Translations under genes and position numbers: made by a program
Shown here: piece after piece, positions 35,886 through 48,559 of the stretch
Numbering within the stretch: the stretch's first letter is position 1
Layout of the letters: the number at the start of each line of letters is the position of its first letter
NCBI RefSeq assembly: GCF_000143415.4
Contig: NW_003314297.1
Coordinates: 1,217,430-1,281,429 of the forward strand
Reading direction: 5' to 3'
DNA length: 64,000 nucleotides
DNA from: Selaginella moellendorffii
Taxonomy: Eukaryota; Plantae; Lycopodiophyta
Notes under the pieces: generated by a model
The model's input: the letters and a program-made list of their open reading frames with translations, nothing else
Databases searched by the model: none
Told to the model about the DNA's origin: nothing

Positions 35886-37767
35886 TCAATCCGTGCCGTC
35901 CCCGGCGGGACTCGTCCACTTTTCACTGAATTGCCATAGCCGCTGGGCCAACTTCATGTCGTTTGCGTACGAAACGCACTCGGCCTTGTTGCAATCCACG
36001 AAATACTTTCCGGAGACTCCACTCACCCCCGGATGAGTGGCAACGTAGCACGTAGTCGCGGCCCCCTTCAGCAAGCATAATGCCAATCGTTATTAAAGCA
36101 ATCCAACCAAAAAGTAAAACGCACTAAGCAACTTGCCTGTGAGGGGGATTTGCTGAATTCGAATTGCTTGGAGAATATGCTCGAGATAATGTCTGTGTTA
36201 GTTCAAGGCGTACGGAATCGTGAGACATGATCATTTTTGTGATCTTACATGAGATGTACTCGGGGGCTATCCGTACGATGTTGGTGTGGATGACTCCTGG
36301 ATGGACTGCATTTGCTGTGACGTTAGCGCCGCGCTCCTAAACACGCGACTAAATAATCAAAGATTAGACATAACCACGGCTTTGGATACCTTGAGCCGCC
36401 TCGCCAGCTCTTTTGCATGCAAGATGTTGGCGAGCTTGGAGATTCCATAGCCAAGAGGGTACGTTGTAGAAAAGCTGGCAAAGATCATAGTGAATCCCTC
36501 ATTGAGAACTATCGCATAGAAAAACTACCTTGCTGGATCGTTTAGCTTATCAAACTCGATGCCATCCCTGGCAATCCTATAGCACTGCGAAGCCACATTA
36601 ACGATCCGACCCTCCATCCTCGAGTCCCGCGATGTTTCGACCATCTTGTCCAGCAACAGCTTTGTGAGCAAGAAATGCCCTGGAAAAGACAAGACAGAGG
36701 AATCAGCACCGGGAATAATTCCGTATATAACATGCATCGTGGTCCTTCCAAGCGCCAGCTAGATACTGCAGGTGTGTATTTATACATATCTATCCATCTC
36801 TATCTTTGTTTACCCTCCCCCGCGGTAAATGCCGGTTTTCCACTGGCGGTGGTATTGACTTTTTTTACCGTGCGGTGAAAGCCTCACACACCTAGGTATC
36901 AGCCCAGGCCCACGGGTCTTTTGGTCGGAGTGCGCGCGTACTAAATTGTTTGCCTGCTGGAGAAAAGGTGTGGGTGCATAGAATTCTTGTGAGGATCTCC
37001 TGCCGTACGCTCGTACGTACGCTCGGGGTGTCACCGTATGATCATGGTGAAACTTCGAAGAGGGAGTGTGTGTGTCATGCAAACTTAAAGAGAACTTTTG
37101 GGGTGTTTGAGAGGTGTTTACCCAAGTGATTTGTGGCAAATTGGAGTTCGATTCCATCCTCTGACCGCATGAACCTTGGAACCAGGGCTCCTGCATTGTT
37201 TCTTCTCGAGCGGATCCGGGATTATAAGTTGGTGTCAAGCAACAAGAAGATTTGTCAAAGGTGTTTGTGGAAAATCTTATAGTCTCACATGAGGATGTGG
37301 AGCGGGAGGTTGCGAGCGTGGAAATCCTCTGCGGCGCGGCGGACGGAGGCGAGCGAGCTCAAATCGAGCTCCAGGATCTCAATTCGCGCGTCGGGCTTAT
37401 TCTCCAGGATGGATTCCTTGACGCTCTGCGCGGCCTTGATGTTGCGCGCCGCGAGTATCACGCGGGCTCCGCGCATGGCCAGAGCTTTGGCTGTCTCCAA
37501 TCCAATTCCCGACGTAGCACCTGATAGAGATGGATGGAGCAAAGTATTATACAGACAGATCAATCAATCAACCAAAAAGAATTGGCCAGATATCATATCT
37601 TAGAAGTTGCGCGAGAGAAAACAATGGGAACATCTCTTAAGATCACCTGTGACAATGGCTGTCGTGGGCGAGAGATCCAAGCCTTGAGTTATGTCCTCGG
37701 CGCTCGTATGGAATCCATAGCCACTTTCGCCATTCCCGCGAAGAACTTGGCTAATGGCAGACCCCAT
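35886..37767 (-). CDS. TIC32-like short-chain dehydrogenase/reductase (copy 1)
   Basis: [38 protein letters not shown]. Confidence 0.92.
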
Positions 37768-38431
37768 TCTTTCTTACGCGAGGTCCTCCTCTTCCTTTCT
37801 ACCTTTCAATACCTCCCGATCGATCGATTAGCTTCTATTCCTCGCTTCGCTAGTCTGTAAACCAATTGATATCATCCACAGAGGCCACCAGGCAAGCATG
37901 GAAGAGAGCCAATCTTTGGCGAAACAATCGATATGCTACGAATACGACGCTGCTGGCACTGCAAACAGGCACAGAGGCGCACAGCATATATATATCGTGT
38001 GAGTGTGTGTAGTTTGATACGGCAGAGGATATCCAGGGGAATAGAGTACGGAACAACGTATGGAGATATCTCCACCGTTCTCTTTGGAATATAGTTTGGA
38101 GGACAATCTAGTCAGCCCCTAAAGGAACAAAGATGAGGGAGAAGAAGTACTCTAGCTTAAAAAAATTAGAAATAAAGAAATAAAGAAAAGAAAAAAAGAG
38201 AAAAAGTGAGGCTATGTTGATATTTTTTTAGCCTTCAATAGTAACAGCAGACATTCAAGAGTGGCCAACTTGTGTTTGTGCCGCCCTAAGTCTTATAGGA
38301 TGTCTTGGCCCTGACATGTACTCTATTCAAATGGAGATGCCAAAGCAACTGTTTGGAACAAAAAAGATACCTTTAAGACCTGCCCTAAATCTTGGAGTTA
38401 GGGTTCGTATGGACTCTGGGAATCCCTGGGA

Positions 38432-40638
38432 ATGGCGCGGCAGCTCGCGGGATTGATGAAGCGATCGAAAAGGAGGATTGGAATCAGTCGGAGCATGCTG
38501 CTGTGCTCGATCTTCGCGGCGGTGTATTTCTTGCTGGATTGGTGGATTCTTTCGAGCTCGGAGGTTCCCCTGTCGGCTGGAGTGACTGATTTCGAGTCGC
38601 AACCGCGATTTTTCAAGGTAGGCTTTTGTGTAGATCGATCTTCTCGTCCAATGCAATTCCTCTACGCTGGCAGGAGAAGAGAAGCAATGTAATGTACGAC
38701 CGTCTTCTTGCACTGGCGGCTCATTCTCTCGCAGAGGTAGAAGACTTTCCTCCCGGCGCTTACATTTTTACTTGCCTCGCAACTTTAGGCCGATTCCAGG
38801 AGTGAGCCTCACGATCTCTGGACAGAACCAGCTTCTGCGTGGAAACCCTGCGCTAATGTTCGTAGAGAAAACCACACTCGTAAGTTCCTCTCTTTCTCTC
38901 TTTCTCGCTTACTGTTTTCTTTTCCACAGACTAAACAATCGTGTATACAGTGCCGCCGGCACCCGAGAACAGCACGGGATACATTCTAATCAATGCGAAC
39001 GGTGGTCTAAATCAACAGCGTGTTGCAGTAGGCTTGGTTTCATTCTTCCAACGTCAACTCTCTAAACATCTTTTTTGTACTCAGATATGCAATGCGGTTG
39101 CCATCTCTCGTCTCTTAAATGCTACGCTGGTGCTTCCGAGCTTTATGCTGAGCAACGTCTGGCAGGATGAAAGGTAACTGGGAAATCCTTTCTGTTGTAG
39201 TGTCACCTCGCTGAGTGTTTTCCGTTTCTTGTTTCTTTCAGTCAGTTTGGAGACATTTATCAGGAGGAGTACTTCGTTAATTATCTGAGAGAAGACGTGT
39301 ACATAGTCAAGAGCCTACCGATCGAAATGCAGTCCCTGGATTTGCAAGCAATTGGCAGCTTTGTAAGCACTGCATTCTCTTTGTAAGTACATCTGCATCT
39401 CACAGGTTTATAGAGTTGTTGCATTATAGAGTTTCTTCCGGTTTGTGTTCATCTAACTTTGCCTCAACACAGTTATCGGAATTAGACGTGATGAAGGAGT
39501 CCAAGCCAGGTTTTTACATTCAGCGAGTCCTACCGATTCTACTGAGGAACCGAGTTGTTTATTTTTCCGGCTTCGGAAATAGATTATCATTCGATCCCAT
39601 TCCTTTTGAGATACAGGTAAGGCTTTCTTTGCTTCTCTCTCTCTCTCTCTCTCTCTCTGTGTTTCGTTTCAGTAGTTCACTCATTTTCTTGTGTCTAGAG
39701 GTTGAGGTGCAGATGCAACTTTCATGCTTTGAGATTTACGCGAGAAATACAAGCTGCTGGGGACTTGCTGGTACAGAGAATACATCAAAACTTTCCCGGA
39801 CAAGTTCCATCAGTGACGAGATATCTCGCATTGCATTTAAGGTTCGAGATTGACATGGTTGCCTACTCCATGTGTGACTTTGGTGGAGGAGAACCGGAAA
39901 AGCTCGAGCTTCAAGCCTACAGGGACGTTCACTTCCCAATGATGGCGAAGTATCATAATGAAACGTAAGACATATCATAACTCGGCCTTTCCTCTCTGTT
40001 CTAAGCGTCCATGGCAGGGAGCTAGCGAGTACTCTGAGAGAGCTGGGCCAGTGTCCCTTGTCTCCCGAGGAAGGAGCTTTAATTCTTGCCGCTCTCGGCT
40101 TCAAGCGAGGGACTCGTGTTTTTCTAGCAGGTGCTCAAATCTACGGTGGCCAATCCAGACTGACTCCATTGTCTACTTTATATCCGAACCTGGTGACGAA
40201 AGAAGATTTATTGTCCGAGAAGGAACTCTCGCCTTTTGCGAATCATTCATCACAGGTTCGTTTCTTTTGTACTTTTCTTTTCGGAGTGCTCCAGAGTTTT
40301 GTTGATCGTCGTGTTTGCTTCCACAGTTAGCCGCTCTAGATTTTATAGCCTGCACAGCAGCGGATGTGTTTGCAATGACGGACTCCGGGAGTCAATTGGC
40401 TTCTCTCGTGAGTGGCTATAGAATGTATTTTGGAGGTGGGAGACTGCCGATCATCCGGCCAAACAAGAAGCGCTTGGTGAGTCTTTTCGCGAAGAACTCG
40501 TCGATCCAGTGGGAAGAATTTCGGGAGAGAGTGAGGAAGACAATCCGAGAGAACAGAAAGGTCCACACGAGACCAACAGCGAGAAGCGTTTACAGGCACC
40601 CGCGCTGTGAAGATTGTATGTGCCAAGCGAAAGAGTAA
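38432..40638 (+). CDS. O-fucosyltransferase family protein (plant GT106-like)
   Basis: N-terminal TM, ANGGLNQQR, CNFHALRF, YLALHLRFEIDMVAYSMC, AALDFIAC. Confidence 0.93.
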
Positions 40639-40748
40639 AATTTTTAAACCCGAAGTATATTTTGGAATCAGGATATTCTTTGTTTGAATGGAGTATATGC
40701 TTCGCTTTTTAGCCGGGGATTGCTTGTTGTGTTCTAGGGTTCTTGGCG

Positions 40749-41438
40749 ATGGATTGCGAGACCTTCTCGTGTCCGCCGCCTCCGATTCGATGTCTGCCAG
40801 CGCCAGAATTCTACTTTCCGAAAATCTCGCCGCCGAAAGAAGAAGAAGCGTGGGGGGAGAAATGCATGAACATTCTCGACGGGAAAACGTCTCCTCCGCC
40901 TTCTCCTCCTCCATCTCCCCGCCTCCTCCTTCCTCCTCCTCCTCCTCCTCCTCCTTCTCCTCCTCATTCGGAGTACTCCGATCTCCCGAGGAGCATGGAT
41001 TTCGAGGGCAGCGAGTGTTTCCAGCCGTCGCCAGAGGCTTTCAGGAGGCTGGGACGCGATATTTCGATCAGGCGCGTCGAGGATTTCGATCAGGATGAGA
41101 AAGCCCCTTGCTATCGATGCATCGGGAGGCTGGCTGAGGCGAGGAGAATCCACGCGCGCGCTCCAGCGGTGGTGGCGCCGCCGAAGACAGCAGAGAAGTC
41201 GCCGATGATCGAGTCCTGCCCCAATGCGCGATCGATGTACCGCGAGGAAGCCTGGGGGATGGAGCGATGGCTCCACGTCCAGCGGTGGGCGGCAATGGCG
41301 ACCAAGGCTCAGCGGAATGTGTTCGAGCTGTCGAGTCTTCTTGGCGACGCGCTGGAGGCGATGGACATGTTCGTGGAGAAAGGCGCGCGCGCGGACGAGA
41401 GGTACCAGAGGCAGCGCTGCCGCTACTACGCGACCTGA
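40749..41438 (+). CDS. Intronless proline-rich protein of unknown function
   Basis: ~229-aa GC-rich ORF with a poly-Pro tract and helical C-terminus. No family recognised. Confidence 0.6.
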   Translation: MDCETFSCPPPPIRCLPAPEFYFPKISPPKEEEAWGEKCMNILDGKTSPPPSPPPSPRLLLPPPPPPPPSPPHSEYSDLPRSMDFEGSECFQPSPEAFRRLGRDISIRRVEDFDQDEKAPCYRCIGRLAEARRIHARAPAVVAPPKTAEKSPMIESCPNARSMYREEAWGMERWLHVQRWAAMATKAQRNVFELSSLLGDALEAMDMFVEKGARADERYQRQRCRYYAT

Positions 41439-41767
41439 CGAGCGAGAACGATCGATCGATCGAGTTGTTCTTTTCGGTGTACGTTCTGAATTGTATAGGG
41501 AAGCGATCTTAATGAAATTTAAGTTCTTTTGTTCCTTTCAGGCCTAGGGTTTATCCGGAGCCGATGGCGAGCGCCGATCTTCCGACGGTAATGTGGCCGC
41601 ATTTGGATTTCTTGGGAGATTCATCGCGCTTTCTTAGGGCGTTGGATGATCGCGCTGCCTAAGCCGGCAGATTTCTTTGGTAAGAATCGTGCATTAGCTC
41701 GATCTTAGGGTCGATTCATCTAGAAGCGTGTCAGTCAGTGGATTTCTCCGTGCAATACATTGGAGGA

Positions 41768-43562
41768 ATGGCTCTATCTTTAGCTGACGCTAGAGTTCCA
41801 GCTTGGGATGTGCGAGCCGGAGTCGCGCCCAGCAAGAAGAATGCGGCTGTCAAGCGAGAATTTAAGTCGAATTTCTTTCAGTCATCCGCTGTGGCGGTAA
41901 GATTTTTCTTCGTTTCTTCTGCCTCTCAGTGTAGAGTGGTGCAGAAAGTAGCAACGATTGCTCCAAGAAAACTTCGGCGGAGAGCACTAGTGATCAGTAA
42001 CAGTTCTTCGACGTCAGTCAAGCTATCAGCGAATGATCTCGAAGAAGCCAAATTGGCGGTGAAGGAGCTCGTCCAAAATACGCATAGCAATCCAATCCTG
42101 GTAAAGTTTCTTCGAGAAATTTCATTGTCACCTTCTTTGGTTTCGTTTGTAGATTCGCTTGGGGTGGCATGACGCAGGAACTTATAACAAAGATATCAAA
42201 GAGTGGCCAAAATGCGGTGGTGCAAATGGGAGTATACGATTTACGAAGGAGATGGGTCACGCTGCCAATGCCGGTACTGCCTTGTTCGTTTCAACTTACT
42301 TTTGAACTGGGTGAATGTATTGTCAGGCCTCCAAGGCGCACTGAAACTTCTGGATCCTATCAAAGATAAATTCCCTGCGATAAGCTATGCAGATTTGTTC
42401 CAACTTGCGAGCGTCACTGCGATAGAGGTAACCCCCGTTTATGAAACATGCTGTTATTCAAGTTATTGCAGCTAGCGGGAGGTCCTAAAATACCGATGCG
42501 ATACGGAAGAGTGGATACGACTACTCCAGAAGAATGTCCGGAAGAAGGAATGCTTCCTGGTTCGTAAAATTCTTTCTAACAACTGTGCGTTTTTACATTT
42601 AATCTTTTTCTTTAGATGCTGGAGCTCCAAGTCCTGCCGAACATCTTCGGAAGGTATTTTACAGAATGGGGTTTAACGACAAGGTACATAGATCATAGAT
42701 AGAGAACTTTAGTTGTTTACATGTTGAACAGGAAATTGTTGCTTTATCGGGTGCTCACACGCTCGGCAGGGCTCGGCCGAATAGAAGTGGATGGGGCAAA
42801 GATGAAACCAAATATACAGTAATGTAGCATCTACTACGTGTTCTTACTAAACAGTGAATCATTTTATGCAGAAAGATGGTCCAGGACTACCTGGCGGGCA
42901 GTCATGGACCGTACATTGGCTGAAGTTTGACAACTCCTATTTCAGGGTATGCCTTTACCTTGGTTCTGATCACAATAATCCTCTCGGAGGTGTAGGAAGT
43001 AAAAGAGAAACGAGATGCAGAATTACTTGTACTGCCAACGGATGCGGCTCTCTTTGAGGATCCCAGCTTTAAGGTGCGGAATGTGCTTCACAGTTCAGTT
43101 TCTACTTCATGAAAACGGTCTGAGTTTATAAAGTTGGAGGCAGGTGTATGCTGAAAAGTATGCAGAGGATCAAGAAACTTTCTTCAAAGACTACGCAGAA
43201 GCTCATGCCAAACTTAGTGAGCTAGGTGCTAAATTCGATCCACCCGAGGTAAATGATCTAGTTTTTGAGAAAACTTTACAATACTCTCACTGCAGGGCAT
43301 TACGCTTGAGGCTGCTCCTCAAAAGTTCGTTGCTGCCGAATACTCAACTCCGAAGGTGCCTTTTCTTACTTGGCTGTATGCACCGACCATCATCTGTTGT
43401 TTGCAGAAAGAGCTCTCTGATTCCATGAAGCAGAAAATCCGTGCTGAATACCTTGGGCTTGGTGGAAGTCCAGAGCAGCCTTTGAAGACAAACTACTTTC
43501 TGAACATTATAGTCATCATTGCGGTTCTTGCTATTCTGACGTGGCTATTCGGTGGGTTTTAG
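41768..43562 (+). CDS. tAPX: Thylakoid-bound ascorbate peroxidase
   Basis: [43 protein letters not shown], and a C-terminal membrane anchor [14 protein letters not shown]...[17 protein letters not shown]. Confidence 0.93.
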
Positions 43563-43594
43563 TAAGTACGCAGTATCGAGGCATTCCCGTTCGG

Positions 43595-44953
43595 TCAGTT
43601 TTTATTTCTAGCTTCAATAAAACTCTCACTAAAGTTCCAGAGCTCTTTTGCAAGTGCCATGTCGTTTGCAAGTGGACTGCAGGTAGCTTCGTTGCAATCC
43701 TCGAAATATCGCCCTGAGATTCCGTTAACCCTGGAATGAGTTGCAACATAGCAAGTCGTAGCTGCTCCCTGTGATCACGAAAAGAACGATATGAGCAGAC
43801 TGGGAAAAGAAGATTTCGGTCATACTTGGGGTACGGGCCTCATAAGTAAGGAGCAGATAGATATATACGACTCTGAACAGCAGTCTGGTTTGATTAGTTT
43901 CTCTTGTGGTGCTAATTCAAGGAAGCTTACGTATTGCAGGCCGAAGATTGCGAAAGATTTGGGTGTGGACTACGCCGGGATGTAGTGCGTTTGCGGTAAT
44001 GTTGGCTCTCCTTTCCTAAGCAATCTTGATAAGAAACGTAGTGAGGGGCATTTAGTGCGTTTATTACCTTGAGCTGCCTTGAGAGTTCTTTTACGTGTAG
44101 AATGTTTGCGAGCTTTGAACCAGCATAAAGAGTTGGGTGCCAATTTGACATCCTGGCAAACCAACAAGATCAAGACATTTGGTCGGCTTCTGATGCTTTT
44201 ACCTGTTTTCAGTGTTTAGTTTTTGAAAGTCTGTGCTGTCTGTTAAAATCGCATGTGCTTTTGAAGAAATATTCACGATTCTTCCTTCAATCCTGGTCTC
44301 TTCAGATGTCCGGATCATCGTGTCCAGGAGCAGCTTTGTCAGCAGGAAATGGCCTGGGTGAATGCGTGCTAGTTAGTTTTTTTGATACGTTTGTATTCTA
44401 TCTGACCGAGATGGTTTATTGCGAACTGTAACTCCATCTTTTCTTCAGATAGCTGCAGGCCTCGGCAGATTACCCCGGCATTATTTCTTCACAGTGCAAG
44501 CATGTCACAACAAGAAGAGAAGGCGTACGATGAAAGCTTACATGAGAATATTTAGTGGAGCGTTCAGAGATTTGAACTCGTCGACAAAGGTGCGTATAGA
44601 AGCGAACGAGCCGAGATCCAGCTCTCCGGTGCTTACTTTCGCATCCGGAAGTTCACTGATAATTGCTGACTTTGCTTGTTCGGCAGCCTTCAAAGTTCTC
44701 GCCGGAATAACGACGTGAGCTCCTCGCATCGCCAGCACTCTCGCCGTTTCCAAGCCAATTCCAGATGTAGCACCTCAAGGGAAGGCAAGCATCCATTAAA
44801 CATTTTCATATTTCGTGCTGCATTCTAACCTGTGACGATGGCAGTGCGGCTGGACAGATCAATGCCCTCGGTCACGTCTTGTGCTGTTGAGCGAGATCCA
44901 AATCCACTCTCTCCTTTGGTACCCCACAGGTATGCCCAATCCACGGGAGGCAT
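43595..44953 (-). CDS. TIC32-like short-chain dehydrogenase/reductase (copy 2)
   Basis: [43 protein letters not shown]. Same exon layout as copy 1. Confidence 0.92.
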
Positions 44954-45316
44954 AGCAAGACGATGGGCCTCACTCGAAGGGAAGGCTCACTTTTAAAGCT
45001 CTCATGGTTTCTCACTTGGCCGCGTCTTAATCTTGCACAGAGGGAAGCTCTGGAAGAAACAGACACGAAAACATTAGCTGGGCCTGTCACGGGGTTCCCT
45101 GGTTGGGTCACGAGATTGTCTCTTTGGGTACGTGCTGTGCTATCTTAATGTTGTGCGCAGCCTTCTCTGGCTCATCTCTTGACGCAGAGATAGCATGGTC
45201 GGCAAACTATGGAAAACTCTCATACTATGGAAAAGGTATTCTTATAAAGTCTAAAAGGCTAGGCTTCCTTTTCCCACGTGTATAAAGCGTGCGAGACTTA
45301 ACCCTGTGAATTAGCT

Positions 45317-45769
45317 ATGGATGCGAGGACGGCTTTTAAGGACGCTCTTACAAAGGACGCGTTGGATTTCCCTGGGAAGCTCGAGGAGGTCGACTATTTG
45401 GACGTGTGGTTTTACTACCCGTCCTGGGATGAAGTGTTGCAGTACACGGCCCCCCGCGACATGATAGTGGTGAGGGCGCACTATGCGCAGGGGTTCTTCA
45501 AGCTGGTGATCCGGGCGCCGTATGGAATGGGCATGGTTGCGACGCTGATCAAAGCCAAGATCAGGGAAGTGGCGGTGGTCGAAAAGTCGTGTTACGTGCA
45601 CGAGAAAGTGGACGAGGTCCCTAGCTTCGCTCTGTTTGCCAACAAGTATAAAGCTCAGGGCTATGAAAAGGTGACCCAAATCTGGGGCACTCAGGAGAAG
45701 GTGACGAAAATCAGGGACGACGACACACACGAGGATGATTATGTGTTGATCGATGATTTTGTGTTTTAG
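45317..45769 (+). CDS. Orphan ~150-aa ORF of unknown function
   Basis: ATG-initiated, coding-like composition, tataaa at ~45281. The 3' end could be spliced. Confidence 0.6.
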   Translation: MDARTAFKDALTKDALDFPGKLEEVDYLDVWFYYPSWDEVLQYTAPRDMIVVRAHYAQGFFKLVIRAPYGMGMVATLIKAKIREVAVVEKSCYVHEKVDEVPSFALFANKYKAQGYEKVTQIWGTQEKVTKIRDDDTHEDDYVLIDDFVF

Positions 45770-47861
45770 TATAAGTCGAGAAATTAAACTACGAGTTGGT
45801 GCAGTTGGACCAGGGGATGACGCACTAGAGGCAATTGACAAGTGGGTAGATCAATGTTGTAGATCACGGCATTGACGATGTATGTCACAGAAGGCCCTAG
45901 TAAGAGGAGTACTGCACCCCTGGTGCACTGAGAAGCCAAAGCGAACCCTGATGGTGCAATAGACGTGGAAGCAGCAGAAATTGAAGTTTGGAGGATAGGA
46001 CTTTGAAGCAAAGAATGGAAACCAAGGCGCTTGACGAAGAAGAGAGGAGAATAGAAACCATAATATTGAGAAGTTCTCTGACAGTATTAAAACGTAAACA
46101 AGAAAATTTATTGATTTAAATCAAATTATTAATTATAAATTATCTATAACCATGAATAGGCATTTGGTAGTTCTTAACATATCAAAGATAAATAAGTGTA
46201 AAGCTAGTAGAAATTATTCAAATACATAGTTGAATACACTAATTCCATAAATATATGAAAGGTCCATACTTTTGAATGTTTTTTCTTACAAAATAAGATT
46301 AACAAGTAGCAGCCGTCAATAGAACTACAACTGAAGCTTTTACATAACAATAAAGACATAAACATGTTTTTGTGTGAGTAACAAAGACTGGCTTAAAACG
46401 GAATCACGTTTTGTATTTCGTAAGTTGTTCTTTTTAGTTGCTTACATATTGATCCCTTTGTACAAAGTGTTTCAGTTGCTGCACATGCGTAATTTCTAAA
46501 AGATCAACTTATTAACCATCATACCAAACTTCATAAATTTCTAGTTCAACTTGTTACAACACTCAAAACAATCCCTTCTATTGAGCAAAGAATTGTTTAG
46601 ATAAACCACATGAAAATGAATTAATAATAAGTCATCCACTTTGTATTTTCCAAGTGGATAATGATGGGAATTGTAATATCATTATTGTCCCACTTTTATG
46701 TGGCCCAAGTGTTTAGCAAACTCTACTTGGACCAATGTTTAAATATTGATTTCAAAACCTAACATTAGCAACTCATAACAATCATAAAGGTAAACGCAAC
46801 TTTATTAGCAATATCGGATCATGACCATATAAAAGTTTATATGATGAAGTAACAATGAAACTCTATACCCCTATGATAAATGCATACTGAAGAGATGGCA
46901 AATAACAACTAACAAAATTATTAACTTTCGCATATTAAGTTAAGTAGTTAAAGGCAATAATAACATACTCATTATTAGCAGTCAACCTTAGAAAAAGCCC
47001 CATCAAATCAAATGCCACAAACTCAAATAGACAGAAACTATAATTAATTTTAATTGTCCTTCTGCAACATAAGAGGGAATATTACAAACTTCGCACCAAA
47101 CATAGTTACACATATACTAGATAACATAATATTTCGGGCTAATAGAAATATTTATGCAACTTCTCAATCACAAAATCATATTTGATATGCCTACTAAAAA
47201 TAAAAAAGGTCATATTAGGTATGGAGAAAGTGTGCAATAAAAACTGAAGACACCACCAATCATAAATAATCATTAGAACCCATCCCAATAAAATAAAGAA
47301 GGTTGTTCTCAACATGATATTGAAAATATAAATATTGAAATAGCAAGTCCTTAGCAAGTGATATAAAATTTTTAAACCCATTATCAAGCCTTTGAATTTA
47401 TAATTTTCAACTTTTTAAGTTTCACAAACTTCATCAAGAAAAAGTAAATCTTGCTCTACACCTTGTAAATATTAAACATTAAAGTATAACAATTGTTGAC
47501 AGCACAGAATCTTTATTTAGAAAATCCACTAATGCTAGAATAATAGGTTTATTGGGAATAGAAGAAGAGAGTGAAGAAGGAAAAGGAGTTTGAAAAATGG
47601 TGTTTACATCAATTATAAAACTCTTTAGCAAATGAACAACCTTAAATTTATATATTTAAGACTTTAAGGTCCACTTTAGAAATGATCATAAATAGTAAAG
47701 TGTAGTAAAATTTATATATCTTATGCTTTAGGGTCACTAAATAATATGATCAAAGTTCTTTTACTTTAATAATGAAGTAATCACAACATGATTATATTTT
47801 AATAATGTTTGAGAACTATGCAAATAAATTGATGTATGCAATAGGATGATATTGATCAAGC

Positions 47862-48456
47862 TGTAAGCAACCAAAAGGAACGACTCGAGAGACGATCCGT
47901 TGGGGTTCAAATATAGAGGGAAAGGGCCCATGAACAAGAGTGCACCCCCTTTTCCAATTGGTTAAGGGTCTTGGGATATTTGGGGTTAAGCGTCCTTGGG
48001 TGTGAATAGTACTGGGTTGGGTGACCTCCCGAGAAGTCCAAACTCAGAAGCTTACATTTGGTATCAGAGCGGTCTCGGGTCCGACTCTGTTGGTTGGCTA
48101 GGGGAATCGCACCACATGTTGATTGACATCTGGCTGGTCCAGTTTGCTCCCGCTGGGCTCGACCCGAGGGGTAGGGTGTCAAGAGAGCAGGGCTCTCGGG
48201 AGAGCTGCGGCTCTCAGCTTCCGTTCACGAGGGCGTGAACTTGCAGGGAAGCGTGGTGGATTGTAAGCAACCAAAGGGAACGACTCGAGAGACGATCCGT
48301 TGGGGTTCAAATATAGAGGGAAAGGGCCCATGAACAAGAGTGCACCCCCTTTTCCAATTGGTTAAGGGTCTTGGGATATTTGGGGTTAAGCGTCCTTGGG
48401 TGTGAATAGTACTGGGTTGGGTGACCTCTCGGGAAGACCAAACTCAGGAGCTTACA
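47862..48456 (+). mobile_element. Cassandra TRIM, second copy
   Basis: 195-bp LTRs at 47862-48056 and 48262-48456 (5 differences counted). PBS tggtatcagagc, PPT, TSD CAAGC. 5S core at ~47985-48039. Confidence 0.97.
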
Positions 48457-48559
48457 CAAGCACACTCGTGCTTTTTTGCATCAAAACACCCCCAAAATTT
48501 ATATTAAAAGCATTCATGTGCAAAATAAAATGTCAAATGTAGTTTTAGGGTAAATGCAA

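Noticed and set aside
36812-37066. Telomerase RNA, RNase MRP, SRP, U3 or TPP riboswitch identity for the intron island
   Set aside because: No telomere template or diagnostic conserved boxes are seen. It is kept only as an unassigned candidate.
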